Source: Spirochaetota bacterium (lineage in GTDB: Bacteria; Spirochaetota; UBA4802; JAGODF01). Taken from it: 64,000 nucleotides of DNA. The DNA is taken from assembly GCA_029974015.1 (NCBI GenBank), contig JARKUF010000014.1, forward strand, positions 217-64,216, read 5' to 3'. The notes under the pieces are model-generated. The model ran no database searches, had not been told where the DNA came from, and saw only the letters and a list, made by a program, of their open reading frames with translations. Made by a program: the position numbers and the translations under genes. Positions 1 through 9,445 of this stretch are shown here, piece by piece; within the stretch, counting starts at the first letter, position 1; the number at the start of each line of letters is the position of its first letter.

Positions 1-144
1 CAGCCCAAAAATTTTTTAGGACTTGACTTTTTCTCGTTCTACCGGTAAATATTGTAGGAAATCTTAATGCTTCTTGATCATTCACGATGGAGTGCTAAGA
101 GAATAATAAAACAAAACTGACTTTTCTTTAAATGGCTTGTTCTA

Positions 145-606
145 ATGAAGATATTTCCGATCTGCTCCATCATACTTCTTTTTATTTTTTCTGCCGAAAC
201 ATGTTATCTGCATGCTGAAGTAAAAAAATGCTCCCTTATCATAATAAACCAGCGGGGTGAACGGGTACCTCTTTCGGTGGAAATAGCGCAAAACGAATTT
301 CGTCGCCGCAAGGGGCTAATGTTCCGAAAAAGGCTTCCTATCAATGAAGGAATGCTCTTTGTGTTCGAAACGGAACAACGCCTGAATTTTTGGATGCGTA
401 ACACCTACATCCCCCTGAGCATCGCCTATATAGACGGCTGTGGAGTGGTCCGGGAAATACTGGAGATGTCCCCCCTGGACGATTCCAAAACCTATCCTTC
501 AAAGTATCCCGCTAAATACGCGCTTGAAGTAAACATGGGTTGGTTCGCTTCCCGCGGTATTACTCCGGGGAGCAGGATTATTTTCGATGGATGCATCGGT
601 AAATAG
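145..606 (+). CDS. DUF192 family exported protein
   Basis: Signal peptide; GLMFR, GMLFVF, FWMRNTYIPLSIAYID and YALEVN motifs. Confidence 0.9.
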   Translation: MKIFPICSIILLFIFSAETCYLHAEVKKCSLIIINQRGERVPLSVEIAQNEFRRRKGLMFRKRLPINEGMLFVFETEQRLNFWMRNTYIPLSIAYIDGCGVVREILEMSPLDDSKTYPSKYPAKYALEVNMGWFASRGITPGSRIIFDGCIGK

Positions 607-1759
607 GATCCCCCCTTCCGATGATGAACGGGCACTCCTGGTGGCCCTCAATACCGCCGATAGCCGGGAGAACGAAGTAAGAGAGTCCCTTCAAGAATTA
701 ACCCTCCTGGTAAAGACCGCCGGCGCCATTGTCGTAGAAACCCGTGTATTTAACAGGCAAGCTTTGGATGCTGCAACTGTCGTGGGGAAAGGGCAGCTTG
801 AAACCATTAAAACGATTGTTCAAGAGAAGGACATCCGTCTCGTTGTTTTCGATATCAACAGCCTGAAACCAAACCAGGTGCGAAATCTTGAAGAGGCCCT
901 CAATTGCCGCGTTCTGGGAAGGACCGAAATCATCCTCGATATTTTCGCCAGAAGGGCGAAAAGCGCCGAGTCCAAAATCCAGGTGGAGCTGGCCCAATTG
1001 CGGTACACTCTGCCGCGCTTAAAAGGGCTTGGAGGCGCGCTTTCCAGGCTTGGAGGCGGCATAGGAACGCGGGGTCCCGGGGAGAAGATGATAGAAACGG
1101 ACCGCCGCCACATCCTTACCCGGATTACCGTTCTCAAAAAAAAGCTCGACCGCATCACGCGCCATCGGAGGCTTGTGCGGAAAGCGAGGTCGCACCAGAT
1201 CATGGGTGCCGTAATCGGGTACACAAATGCGGGGAAGTCAACCCTCATAAACCTCCTTGCCCGAGACGACCTATTCGTAGAAGACCGTCTTTTCGCGACC
1301 CTCGATTCCTACACCAGATCTGTATTTCTCGGGGAAGGGCGCAAAGTCCTTCTTGCCGATACTGTAGGTTTCATTAGAAACCTCCCGCACAACCTTCTTG
1401 AGTCTTTCAACTCCACCATGGAGGAAATCGCGGAAGCAGATTTTCTCATCCATGTGGTGGACGGCAGTTCCTCGGACATCCAGGGCTGTTTAGAAACGGT
1501 AGACCGGGTACTCACCGCACTTGGCGTCCTGCCAAAACACTTGATCACTTTCTTCAACAAAACCGATATCGTTAAAAACCGACACGACCTGGACCGGGCA
1601 ATCCTCGCTCATCCCGGCGCTCGGTGGGGTTCGGCCCGCACTGGTGAGGGAATCGACGAACTGAAGCTTGACCTGGCGTCGCTTCATGACCGCCTGCGAG
1701 GGGAGTTATTCAGGACCGCTCCCGAAAAACGACATGAGCACCCGGAGGCGGCAAGGTGA
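587..1759 (+). CDS. hflX: GTPase HflX
   Basis: ILDIFARRA, GGGIGTRGPGE, G1 GYTNAGKS, LFATLD, DTVGFI, NKTD. Confidence 0.97.
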   Translation: MDASVNRIPPSDDERALLVALNTADSRENEVRESLQELTLLVKTAGAIVVETRVFNRQALDAATVVGKGQLETIKTIVQEKDIRLVVFDINSLKPNQVRNLEEALNCRVLGRTEIILDIFARRAKSAESKIQVELAQLRYTLPRLKGLGGALSRLGGGIGTRGPGEKMIETDRRHILTRITVLKKKLDRITRHRRLVRKARSHQIMGAVIGYTNAGKSTLINLLARDDLFVEDRLFATLDSYTRSVFLGEGRKVLLADTVGFIRNLPHNLLESFNSTMEEIAEADFLIHVVDGSSSDIQGCLETVDRVLTALGVLPKHLITFFNKTDIVKNRHDLDRAILAHPGARWGSARTGEGIDELKLDLASLHDRLRGELFRTAPEKRHEHPEAAR

Positions 1760-1774
1760 AGGGGCCGGGAAACT

Positions 1775-2914
1775 GTGTTAAAGATGGCGCTTCTTTTGTC
1801 CGATTTATGTACCATGAAGAGAAGGAACGCCATTGCAGGCCTGTTTCTTGCTGCGGGTATTCTGTGCCTGCTCAACCTGGACGAGCTTTCAGGGGGGCAG
1901 TCGCGCCCGGCGCTGCAGAGGGACAGGGATTTTGAAAAAATCGAAAATTCCATCATTGTCCACGGCATAACGAAAGAGGAAGTAGAGGAGGAGAGTGCGC
2001 CCGAAGCCGAAGGGGCCGCTCCGGGACGAATCGTCTACGATAATTTTTTTGACGCCCATGGCCCGGAAGAAACTGAAATTGACGCCCATGCCCTCTTCAA
2101 GGCCGAATTCAACCGTTATCGCCGCAAAGACCCGCGCTGGCATCTTTCGAAATACATTATACGAAGAGGCGACAATCTCTGGTCTATCGCTAAGCGCTTC
2201 AATACCGACCACCGTCTAATCATCAAGGCGAATGATATCCGTGACCCCGATATGTTAAAGATGGGAAAGACGATAATGGTCCCCAACCGTGAAGGTGTCC
2301 GTTATCGAATCAAGAAAAACGATACTCTCATGGGCATAGCATCGGCCTTCTCAACGAATGAAGGACGAATTCGCCGACACAATGGGATTTCAGGAAACCG
2401 CATTCTTGCCGGAGCGGACATCTTTATTCCCGACGCGAGGCCCGTTGTAAAGAAATCCGCGCCGCGGGAACAGCCGAAAGCGGTTGAAGCTCGCGCAGCA
2501 GTGGAACATGAGGAAACGCCTCGGCCGCGCCGGATGTTTTTGTGGCCTGTGAAGGGGCGCATCACCTCTTCTTTCGGTAGCAGAATAAGTCCCATTTCAG
2601 GCAGGAGGAGCTTCCATACCGGTATGGATATCGGCTGTTCCATGGATACGCCGGTTAAAGCCGCTTCGGCGGGTAAAGTCATTTTCAGCGGCTGGAAGGA
2701 GATTTTTGGTAACATGGTCATCCTCAAGCATGATCGCGGGTTCATTACGGTCTACGCCCACAACAAGAAGCTTCTCGTCCAGGAGAACGAGAAGGTGAGG
2801 GCAGGGCAGGTCATCGCCCGCTCGGGCACAACAGGAGCGTCAACGGGGCCCCATCTGCATTTCGAAGTGCGAAAACATCTTACGCCACTGAATCCAATCA
2901 GGTTTCTGCGCTGA
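1775..2914 (+). CDS. LysM-domain M23 family peptidase (start may be ATG 1814)
   Basis: Two LysM repeats; M23 motifs HTGMD, YAHN and GPHLHFE. Confidence 0.93.
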   Translation: MLKMALLLSDLCTMKRRNAIAGLFLAAGILCLLNLDELSGGQSRPALQRDRDFEKIENSIIVHGITKEEVEEESAPEAEGAAPGRIVYDNFFDAHGPEETEIDAHALFKAEFNRYRRKDPRWHLSKYIIRRGDNLWSIAKRFNTDHRLIIKANDIRDPDMLKMGKTIMVPNREGVRYRIKKNDTLMGIASAFSTNEGRIRRHNGISGNRILAGADIFIPDARPVVKKSAPREQPKAVEARAAVEHEETPRPRRMFLWPVKGRITSSFGSRISPISGRRSFHTGMDIGCSMDTPVKAASAGKVIFSGWKEIFGNMVILKHDRGFITVYAHNKKLLVQENEKVRAGQVIARSGTTGASTGPHLHFEVRKHLTPLNPIRFLR

Positions 2915-2915
2915 C

Positions 2916-3980
2916 ATGGCAACTGTGAAACACTTCATCGGTATTGCGTCGCTCCTCATCTTCGCCATTACTCTGCCATGCGATGGAATACTTGCCATGG
3001 CCCTGAGGGCGCATCGGCCGCAGGAAAAGATAAAGGTGTTTTACACTGAAAGCGACAGCAGTGGATGGACCGCCGTTCCCCGCGGCGAGGTGCACTCTAT
3101 CGGCGTTCGCGAGGACGCGCATAGCCAGGAACTCATGAAGTTTGCCCAGAGCAATAGCCGCGCCACAGTGCGGCTTTACAGCTCCGAAGGACTCAGGAAA
3201 GGCGATGAGCTCTTCGTGGTGAATGCGAGGAATCTGGTGGTCGCCAGGATAGACGTGAAGCTCATTTATCAAGACCATTCCTTTGGACCCATGCTCATCG
3301 GCTACGGGAACTTCAGGTATGCCGGTGTTGGATTCAAAGTGGTCCAAAAAGTGGACGATGCCTATTCAAAGTACGCCTACATCTACAAAGCGCGTGGCGA
3401 TTACTTTAAAAGGAACGGGGAATACGCGAAAGCCATTGAATTATACAAGAAGTCGATAGAGATGGACAGGCGATATCCAGAGGCCCATTCCGCACTTGGA
3501 TATCTGTACCTGCGCGATGAGATGATGCCCTTCGCGATGAAGGAGTTTTCCGAAGCCTACCGTGAAATAGACAGAATCTACGATAACGAGGAGAAATACA
3601 TGCTTCTCAAAGGGCTGACGACGACCAGGTACAGAATGGCCTATGAATATACAATACCGGCCGCAGACCGAAAAAAATACATCTCCGAGGGAATTAAGTA
3701 CGCCGAAGAGGCCCTGAAAATTTTTCCCGGGTCCCGGGACATGAACCTCTACCTGGGCATCTTTTACTATAGGGGACCTGAGCCTCAGGACGTGAAGGCA
3801 AAAAACCAGTTTCAGAAACTCTTAGAAATCGACCCTCTCAATGCCACGGCCTGCCTGGCCCTTGCGGAACTCTACAGGAAGCACGACAATCCACAGAAGG
3901 CCCGAATGTATGCCCGTAAGGCCCTGGAAGCCCGCCCCGACAGCGTAGAAGCCCGCCGTCTGCTCGATAGCTTACAGTAG
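2916..3980 (+). CDS. Exported tetratricopeptide repeat protein
   Basis: Signal peptide; TPR helices (YAKAIELYKKSIEMD, AHSALGYLY, ACLALAELY). Confidence 0.85.
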   Translation: MATVKHFIGIASLLIFAITLPCDGILAMALRAHRPQEKIKVFYTESDSSGWTAVPRGEVHSIGVREDAHSQELMKFAQSNSRATVRLYSSEGLRKGDELFVVNARNLVVARIDVKLIYQDHSFGPMLIGYGNFRYAGVGFKVVQKVDDAYSKYAYIYKARGDYFKRNGEYAKAIELYKKSIEMDRRYPEAHSALGYLYLRDEMMPFAMKEFSEAYREIDRIYDNEEKYMLLKGLTTTRYRMAYEYTIPAADRKKYISEGIKYAEEALKIFPGSRDMNLYLGIFYYRGPEPQDVKAKNQFQKLLEIDPLNATACLALAELYRKHDNPQKARMYARKALEARPDSVEARRLLDSLQ

Positions 3981-4035
3981 GCAGCTCTCGACATTAAGTT
4001 TACCGGAAATTCTTAATACTGACAAACTCAGAACT

Positions 4036-4120
4036 GGCAACCTCTAATAATTGCGATTTCCTGCCTGCTTTCGTCCGGCTGGAAATCCTGAGTTCGGAAT
4101 ATGCCGATATCTAGTTTATA
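4036..4120 (+). mobile_element. Degenerate type-A palindromic MITE-like copy
   Basis: GGCAACCTCTAATAAT end, decayed GC hairpin and CCTGAGTTCGGAATATGCC core; an inverted core fragment lies at about 4017-4035. Confidence 0.7.
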
Positions 4121-4135
4121 TACATGGAACATACA

Positions 4136-4163
4136 ACTTCCGATAATATATATTATGTCGCAT
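4136..4163 (+). other. dif-like XerC/XerD recombination site with degenerate XerD arm
   Basis: ACTTCCGATAA-TATATA-TTATGTCGCAT; 22/28 identical to B. subtilis dif ACTTCCTAGAATATATATTATGTAAACT; intergenic. Confidence 0.7.
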
Positions 4164-4356
4164 AAGAAAAAGTATCTCTAAAACTCCCTGCACTTAATTT
4201 AAACCCGCTTTGCCGTCGTTCTGTAAAACCTGATAATGCTGTGCCCTGCGATATTGGCAGGTTTTAAGCTGTCTTTAATATGACTCTGTGCCTGCCCACC
4301 TCCATCCCCTGACGGGCCCCTCCCGCTATTTTGGCTATCGGCGCTAAAAAAAGATC

Positions 4357-4393
4357 TTGCAAAAAAACCGTAGTACTATACATTTGTATTGTA
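4357..4393 (+). promoter_or_regulatory. Putative umuDC sigma70 promoter overlapped by an imperfect palindrome (candidate SOS operator)
   Basis: TTGCAA-N16-TACATT; palindrome TACTATACA-TT-TGTATTGTA at 4374-4393. Confidence 0.45.
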
Positions 4394-4395
4394 AA

Positions 4396-4591
4396 AGCAG
4401 TCTCAAATAATCAGGTTGGGAAAACCTGGATCCTGAGTATGCCAGTATTTACATTTTATGGAAACTTTAAAAATTTAAGGCAGCCATAAAAATTGCGATT
4501 TCCCGCCCGCCTTCGGCGGGCGGGAAATCGCAATTCCTGAGTGTGGCCTCACATGAGTTTTTGTGACTGTCCTTAATTTTTAGAGGTTCCC
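4396..4591 (+). mobile_element. Type-A MITE-like copy interrupted by a nested type-B copy
   Basis: AGCAGTCTCAAATAATCAGG ... CCTGAGTATGCCAG ... TTTTTAGAGGTTCCC; removing 4479-4576 restores the AAAAATTTAATTTTT hairpin seen at 30775. Confidence 0.85.
4479..4572 (+). mobile_element. Type-B MITE-like element, nested
   Basis: TIRs GGCAGCCATAAAAATT / AGTTTTTGTGACTGTCC; TTAA on both flanks; perfect 21-bp-arm hairpin with TTC loop at 4491-4535. Confidence 0.85.
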
Positions 4592-4617
4592 TGGGTTAAC
4601 CTGGAGGCCTTTTTGCG

Positions 4618-5058
4618 ATGCACGAACGCGATACCATGCCGACCGCCATGTATGGGTTTCAACGCACCGGATGGATGGAGCTTCCTTTTCTTCTGGCCTC
4701 CATCCCCGCGGGGTTTCCTTCCCCGGCCGACGACTACATCGACCGAAAGCTCGACTTAAACGAGCTTCTGGTCCGGCATCCGGCGGCCACCTTCTTCGTT
4801 CGCGTCGTCGGCGACTCCATGACGGGCGCGGGAATCCGCTCCGGAGACATTCTTGTGGTGGACCGGGCCCTTGCGCCGGAGAACAACCGCATCGTCATCG
4901 CCGCCCTCAATGGGGAGCTCACGGTGAAACGCCTCAGGAAACAGAGTGGCCGGATTTTCCTGGTCCCGGAGAACGGCGAGTATGAGGCGATGGAGGTGAC
5001 GCAGGAGATGCAGTTCGAGATATGGGGCGTCGTGGCCCATGTAATCCATTCTCTCTGA
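4618..5058 (+). CDS. umuD: DNA polymerase V subunit UmuD (S24 autopeptidase)
   Basis: AGFPSPADDY cleavage region, GDSM catalytic Ser, ELTVKRL Lys. Confidence 0.96.
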   Translation: MHERDTMPTAMYGFQRTGWMELPFLLASIPAGFPSPADDYIDRKLDLNELLVRHPAATFFVRVVGDSMTGAGIRSGDILVVDRALAPENNRIVIAALNGELTVKRLRKQSGRIFLVPENGEYEAMEVTQEMQFEIWGVVAHVIHSL

Positions 5059-5064
5059 GGCCCC

Positions 5065-6330
5065 ATGTTCGCCCTTGTGGACTGCAATAATTTCTACGTC
5101 TCCTGCGAGCGGGTTTTTATGCCCTCCCTGGAAGGAAGGCCCGTGGTGGTGCTTTCAAACAATGATGGAAACGTCGTGGCCCGCTCCAATGAGGTGAAAG
5201 CCCTGGGGCTGGAGTTCGGCGCCCCCTATCATAAATGCAGGGATTTCATAGCCCGTTACGGCGTGCAGGTTTTTTCTTCCAATTACGCGCTCTATGGGGA
5301 CCTGTCCCTTCGCGTTATGGAAACCCTCGCCCGCTTCTCGCCATCCATGGAAATCTACTCCATCGACGAGGCCTTCCTGCACCTCCCCTCGTCCCGGCGC
5401 TTCGACATCATGGAATGGGGCTCCCGGATCAGGGCCACGGTGCGGCAGTGGACCGGCATTCCCGTTTCCATAGGCATCGGCCCCACAAAGACCCTGGCAA
5501 AGTTGGCCAACCGCCTGGCGAAAAAGCGCTTCCCTGACCGGGGTGTCTTCGATATCAGCGGCTGTACGGACATGGATGACCTTCTGGAAAGCGTGTTCGT
5601 CGGGGACATCTGGGGGATCGGGCACAGCTACTCGGCCATGCTCGCCCGCCATGGCGTAACCAACGCGAGGCAGTTTCGTGGCCTTCCGGACCACTGGATA
5701 AAAAAGCGGATGACCGTCACGGGCCTGCGTACGGCCTGGGAACTCAGGGGGCGCCCCTGCCTCGACCTGGAGGAAATGGCGCCGCCCCGGAAAGGCATCG
5801 TGAGCTCACGTTCTTTCGGTAGGCCCGTGGAATCCCTGGGGGAGCTCAGGGAAGCCCTGGCCTCCTATGTGGGGCGCGCCGCCGCAAAGCTACGCCGCCA
5901 GGGCTCCGCAGCCTCCTTTCTGGGGGTTTTTCTGGCCACCAACCGGTTCAAGGCGGAACCCCAGTATTCCAACTTCACTGCGGTTCGCCTTCCCGTTCCC
6001 TCCTCATACACTCCGGAGCTTCTGGTCCCCGCCCTGGCCTGCCTGGAATCGATATACCGCCCCGGTTTCCGCTACAAAAAAACCGGGATAATGCTCTCGG
6101 AGATCGTGGCGGAGTGCGACGCTGTGCGGAGCCTCTTCGAGGACCAGGGGGCTTCGGGACGCAAACGGCGCCTCTCCGAGACCGTGGACCGGATCAACGG
6201 CCGACTCGGCGCGGGGCGGCTCTTCTATGCCGCCGAGGGCATGGGGAAATCCTGGCAGATGCGCCGCTCCCTTCTTTCGCCTGCCTACACAACGAGATGG
6301 AGCGAAATTCCCGTGGTAAAGGCGCTGTGA
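5065..6330 (+). CDS. umuC: DNA polymerase V subunit UmuC (Y family)
   Basis: [17 protein letters not shown] and C-terminal LSPAYTTRW. Confidence 0.96.
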   Translation: MFALVDCNNFYVSCERVFMPSLEGRPVVVLSNNDGNVVARSNEVKALGLEFGAPYHKCRDFIARYGVQVFSSNYALYGDLSLRVMETLARFSPSMEIYSIDEAFLHLPSSRRFDIMEWGSRIRATVRQWTGIPVSIGIGPTKTLAKLANRLAKKRFPDRGVFDISGCTDMDDLLESVFVGDIWGIGHSYSAMLARHGVTNARQFRGLPDHWIKKRMTVTGLRTAWELRGRPCLDLEEMAPPRKGIVSSRSFGRPVESLGELREALASYVGRAAAKLRRQGSAASFLGVFLATNRFKAEPQYSNFTAVRLPVPSSYTPELLVPALACLESIYRPGFRYKKTGIMLSEIVAECDAVRSLFEDQGASGRKRRLSETVDRINGRLGAGRLFYAAEGMGKSWQMRRSLLSPAYTTRWSEIPVVKAL

Positions 6331-6381
6331 GCTTTAAAATTATACTTGCTCCTCTGGCAGTTTTCCCAATAAGTTACGGGA

Positions 6382-6939
6382 ATGCGCACCCGGCAAAATG
6401 AACATGAAAGAGTACCGAACGAGATGGAATGCCGTAAACTCATGGAAGAATACGGCATGCTCCCGAACATCGTGGCGCATTCACTTCAGGTGATGAAGGT
6501 GGCCCTGGCCATCGTTGATGGTCTCGTCAATCCCAAAGCCGTTGACAGAGGCCTCATTATAGCCGGGGCGCTTCTCCACGACATTACCAAGACCCGCTCC
6601 CTCGAAACGAAGGAGCGCCACGACGTGACCGGTGCGGAACTCCTCCGGTCCCTGGGCCTGCCCTCTCTGGCCTGCATAGTGGAGCAACATGTTTTCTTCA
6701 CGGATTTCGATCCCGATGGCCCTCTGGAGGAGCGCGAGGTCGTCTACTACGCCGACAAGCGCGTCATGCACGAACGTATCGTGTCCGTGGACCGGCGCGT
6801 GGAGGACCTCCTGGAACGATACGGGACCACGCCCGAACGCCGGGAGAGCATCATCAAAAATAAGGCTTTAGTACTCCGCATCGAAAGAAAAATTAATAGC
6901 TTTCTGAGGGTCGATATCGCCCGCATAGCGGGTGAATAA
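6382..6939 (+). CDS. HD (HDIG) domain phosphohydrolase
   Basis: HS...LLHDITK...H...YADK motif set. Confidence 0.88.
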   Translation: MRTRQNEHERVPNEMECRKLMEEYGMLPNIVAHSLQVMKVALAIVDGLVNPKAVDRGLIIAGALLHDITKTRSLETKERHDVTGAELLRSLGLPSLACIVEQHVFFTDFDPDGPLEEREVVYYADKRVMHERIVSVDRRVEDLLERYGTTPERRESIIKNKALVLRIERKINSFLRVDIARIAGE

Positions 6940-6965
6940 AGGACCTCCCGGAGGGAAACTCGCCA

Positions 6966-7289
6966 CTAATATTTTTTTCTTTCCTTGTCGTGGTTGAGAC
7001 GGTTCATGATGAAAACCGCGATATAGCCGCCCACGAAACCGGCGATGATGTTCACACCGGCGTCCCTGGCGAGAAACGAGAGGATTTTTACAGTGATGTC
7101 GTAGAGGAACTTGTCAAGGATAAAGGCCCCGATGAGGGCCCCGATGACGCCGACTACGAACCCGCCGATATATCCACCGAAGAGGTCCCTCTTTTTATAG
7201 TAATAGAATATCCATGCAACGGCGGCGCCGATGATGAGGATGATGAAAATCGATTTTATCAATACCCACAATTCCTGAAGTCCGCCCAT
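6966..7289 (-). CDS. Small glycine-rich membrane protein (GlsB/YeaQ/YmgE-like)
   Basis: Three hydrophobic GxxxG-rich segments; GAGG RBS. Confidence 0.75.
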   Translation of the reverse strand: MGGLQELWVLIKSIFIILIIGAAVAWIFYYYKKRDLFGGYIGGFVVGVIGALIGAFILDKFLYDITVKILSFLARDAGVNIIAGFVGGYIAVFIMNRLNHDKERKKY

Positions 7290-7336
7290 AACACACCTCG
7301 CTAAAATAATTCATCGATGGGGGCCTGTGCCGTTTT

Positions 7337-7948
7337 TCACAGGAAAAAAAGCTCGCCCTTCCCTTCCCGGATGATTTTCATCTCGTCGCCCGAAAAATCC
7401 AGGATTGTTGAAGGATCGGAAATTTTTGGCCCGCAGTCGATTATTATGTCAACTTCATTTTTGTGCCGCTTTTCCAGGTCGCTCGGCTCAATGACATAGG
7501 CACCGTCGGCGGCGCTTACGCCGGCGGAGAGGATGGGCCTTCCCAGGGAGTTTACCAGGGCCAGGGGAATCCGGTGGTCCGGAATTCGCACGCCGATGGT
7601 CTTCTGGTTGGTTATGGCTATTTTTGGGACGAGCCTGGAGGCCTTGAAAATGAAAGTGTACGGCCCGGGAAACGCCTTTTTCATGATTTTAAATGCGGCG
7701 TCGGAAATATTCCTGACATATTCATGAAGCTGGCTGATGTCCGAAAAAATAAAGCTTAAAGGCTTGTTTCGAGGAATTTTTTTGATGGAATAAATTCGTT
7801 CGATGGCATGGCGCTCCTTGATGTCACAGCCATAGGCATATACCGTGTCCGTAGGATACACGACGACTCCGCCTTCCGACAGAACGCCCGATACTCGTTT
7901 AATGAGCCTTTCCTGCGGGTTGCGTTCATTTATTTCAAATACTTTCAT
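7337..7948 (-). CDS. Sua5/YciO/YrdC family threonylcarbamoyl-AMP synthase-like protein
   Basis: YPTDTVYAYGC, KPLS, FPGPYTFI, GVRIP, PSTILD. Confidence 0.93.
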   Translation of the reverse strand: MKVFEINERNPQERLIKRVSGVLSEGGVVVYPTDTVYAYGCDIKERHAIERIYSIKKIPRNKPLSFIFSDISQLHEYVRNISDAAFKIMKKAFPGPYTFIFKASRLVPKIAITNQKTIGVRIPDHRIPLALVNSLGRPILSAGVSAADGAYVIEPSDLEKRHKNEVDIIIDCGPKISDPSTILDFSGDEMKIIREGKGELFFL

Positions 7949-7999
7949 AAGTTTGCTTTTATAGAGGACATCGCCCTATTCTATAATCGGATTATAAAA

Positions 8000-8115
8000 G
8001 GGAAGCTCTAAAAATTAAATTTTTGAATTCCCCATAATTTGTTACTGCTGGCATGCTCTGGGCTTAAGTTTACCCGCCCGCCGCGAGCGGGTAAACCTAA
8101 TTTTTAGAGGTTGCC
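8000..8115 (-). mobile_element. Type-A MITE-like copy (reverse orientation)
   Basis: GGGAAGCTCTAAAAATT ... GC hairpin ... TTTTTAGAGGTTGCC. Confidence 0.85.
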
Positions 8116-8145
8116 AAATGTAACTTATAACAGGCTAAGCGCTTA

Positions 8146-8180
8146 AATTTTTTCCTTCCGCCTTCGGCGGTCGGAAAATT
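8146..8180. repeat. Isolated GC hairpin of the MITE family
   Basis: TTTTCCTTCCGCC-TTC-GGCGGTCGGAAAATT; a similar decayed hairpin lies at about 8424-8454. Confidence 0.6.
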
Positions 8181-8218
8181 GGAGTACCGGAGCTTCCATT
8201 CCCCGGCGAAAATAGAGT

Positions 8219-8259
8219 AAAAAAAAGGCTTTTGCAAGAGTGTCCCTTGCAAAAGCCTT
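8219..8259 (-). terminator. Intrinsic terminator on the minus strand
   Basis: AAGGCTTTTGCAAG / CTTGCAAAAGCCTT stem followed by a T tract on the minus strand. Confidence 0.65.
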
Positions 8260-8567
8260 CAACCTGGTAATGTAACAATAGGAGTGCCGGCGATATATGC
8301 AATTAATCGGTTTTTAACGAGTTTGTCTTAACAGTTTTTTACCTCCAAAATCTAACTTTTTGTGAAAAATGGACCGAATGATTCAATCCTTCTAAATTCT
8401 CTTCTGGTAAAAATATCTCCACCGTTTTCCACCAGCCGAAAACTGGCGGGAAAGTATCAGGAGAGAAAGCCTTCCTATAAATTCAGCTTTACAATCGTTT
8501 GCGGCAGATATGGAATGGCAAATCCTGCGCCCCATTAAGGCGCTCATTGCCATTATTAGTGCCATCT

Positions 8568-9368
8568 ATGAGCAATTCCAAACCAATGTACGCAAATGAC
8601 GCACCCTTGCCTCCCTTCCGCGGTTTCAGAGCTTGGGAATATTCCGATGGGGTGTTCTCCGAGGTCGAGGTGAACCTGAGCATGGAGCATTCCCTTACTC
8701 TCTCCCTCAATGGAACCCCTTACATCACTATCGCCTGTTCCGGATCGGACATGAGAGAGATGGCGGCGGGCCATCTTCTCACCGAGGGAATCATCTCGAA
8801 TCCGGGAGATATCCTTTCAATGACGTTTGACGGGGATTCCATGACCCTCAATGTGGAAATTGGGCGGAACGATGGCATGCTGGAATGTATTCGCAATAAC
8901 CGCAGATTTCCCCGGGAATCCTCTTCTGGAGGAGAAGTGGTTCGGCAACCTTCGGGACGCACCTCAATTGCGGCTCGAACGGTCCTTCCCATGATGAATG
9001 AATTTCTTCAACACTCTCCCCTGCACCACCTTACCCATGGAGTCCACAGCGCCGCCCTTTTTACCGCGGAGGGGAAACGCCTTTCATTTTTTGATGAGAT
9101 AGGGCGCCACAATGCCATCGACAAGGTCCTGGGACATGCCCTCCTCAACGGCATCGATCTTTCGGACAAGGTCGCGGCAACAACGGGTCGGGTGGCAAGT
9201 GAAATCATAATAAAGTTCATACGCGCTTCGGTCCCAATTGTCGTTTCCCGTGCTGTTCCAACAAGCCTGAGCCTCGAACTGGCAATACGGCATGGCATCG
9301 TGCTGGTAGGCAGAGCGCGGGAATCATCATTCACTGTGTTCAACGGAAAGTGGGCGCTCACGCCATGA
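8568..9368 (+). CDS. fdhD: Formate dehydrogenase accessory protein FdhD-like (start uncertain)
   Basis: GHLLTEG, THGVHSAAL, IGRHNAIDKVLG, TGRVASEI. Confidence 0.88.
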   Translation: MSNSKPMYANDAPLPPFRGFRAWEYSDGVFSEVEVNLSMEHSLTLSLNGTPYITIACSGSDMREMAAGHLLTEGIISNPGDILSMTFDGDSMTLNVEIGRNDGMLECIRNNRRFPRESSSGGEVVRQPSGRTSIAARTVLPMMNEFLQHSPLHHLTHGVHSAALFTAEGKRLSFFDEIGRHNAIDKVLGHALLNGIDLSDKVAATTGRVASEIIIKFIRASVPIVVSRAVPTSLSLELAIRHGIVLVGRARESSFTVFNGKWALTP

Positions 9369-9406
9369 TTTGCAGAGCTTGTGGACAGGGTACGATCTTC
9401 ATTTTT

Positions 9407-9435
9407 TTGCTGGAACCGATGAAATAAGGTATATT
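9407..9435 (+). promoter_or_regulatory. Putative sigma70 promoter of rel
   Basis: TTGCTG-N17-TATATT. Confidence 0.5.
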
Positions 9436-9445
9436 ATTGAAGTAT

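Noticed and set aside
4491-4535. GC hairpins read as ordinary rho-independent terminators or cUUCGg tetraloops
   Set aside because: They are embedded in TIR/TSD-bounded units, often in 5' regions. The symmetry gives a 3-nt TTC/GAA loop, not a UUCG tetraloop.
7427-7454. Second dif-like site (TTATGTCAACT)
   Set aside because: It lies inside a coding sequence and has no XerC arm (no ATAA inner motif), so it is probably chance.
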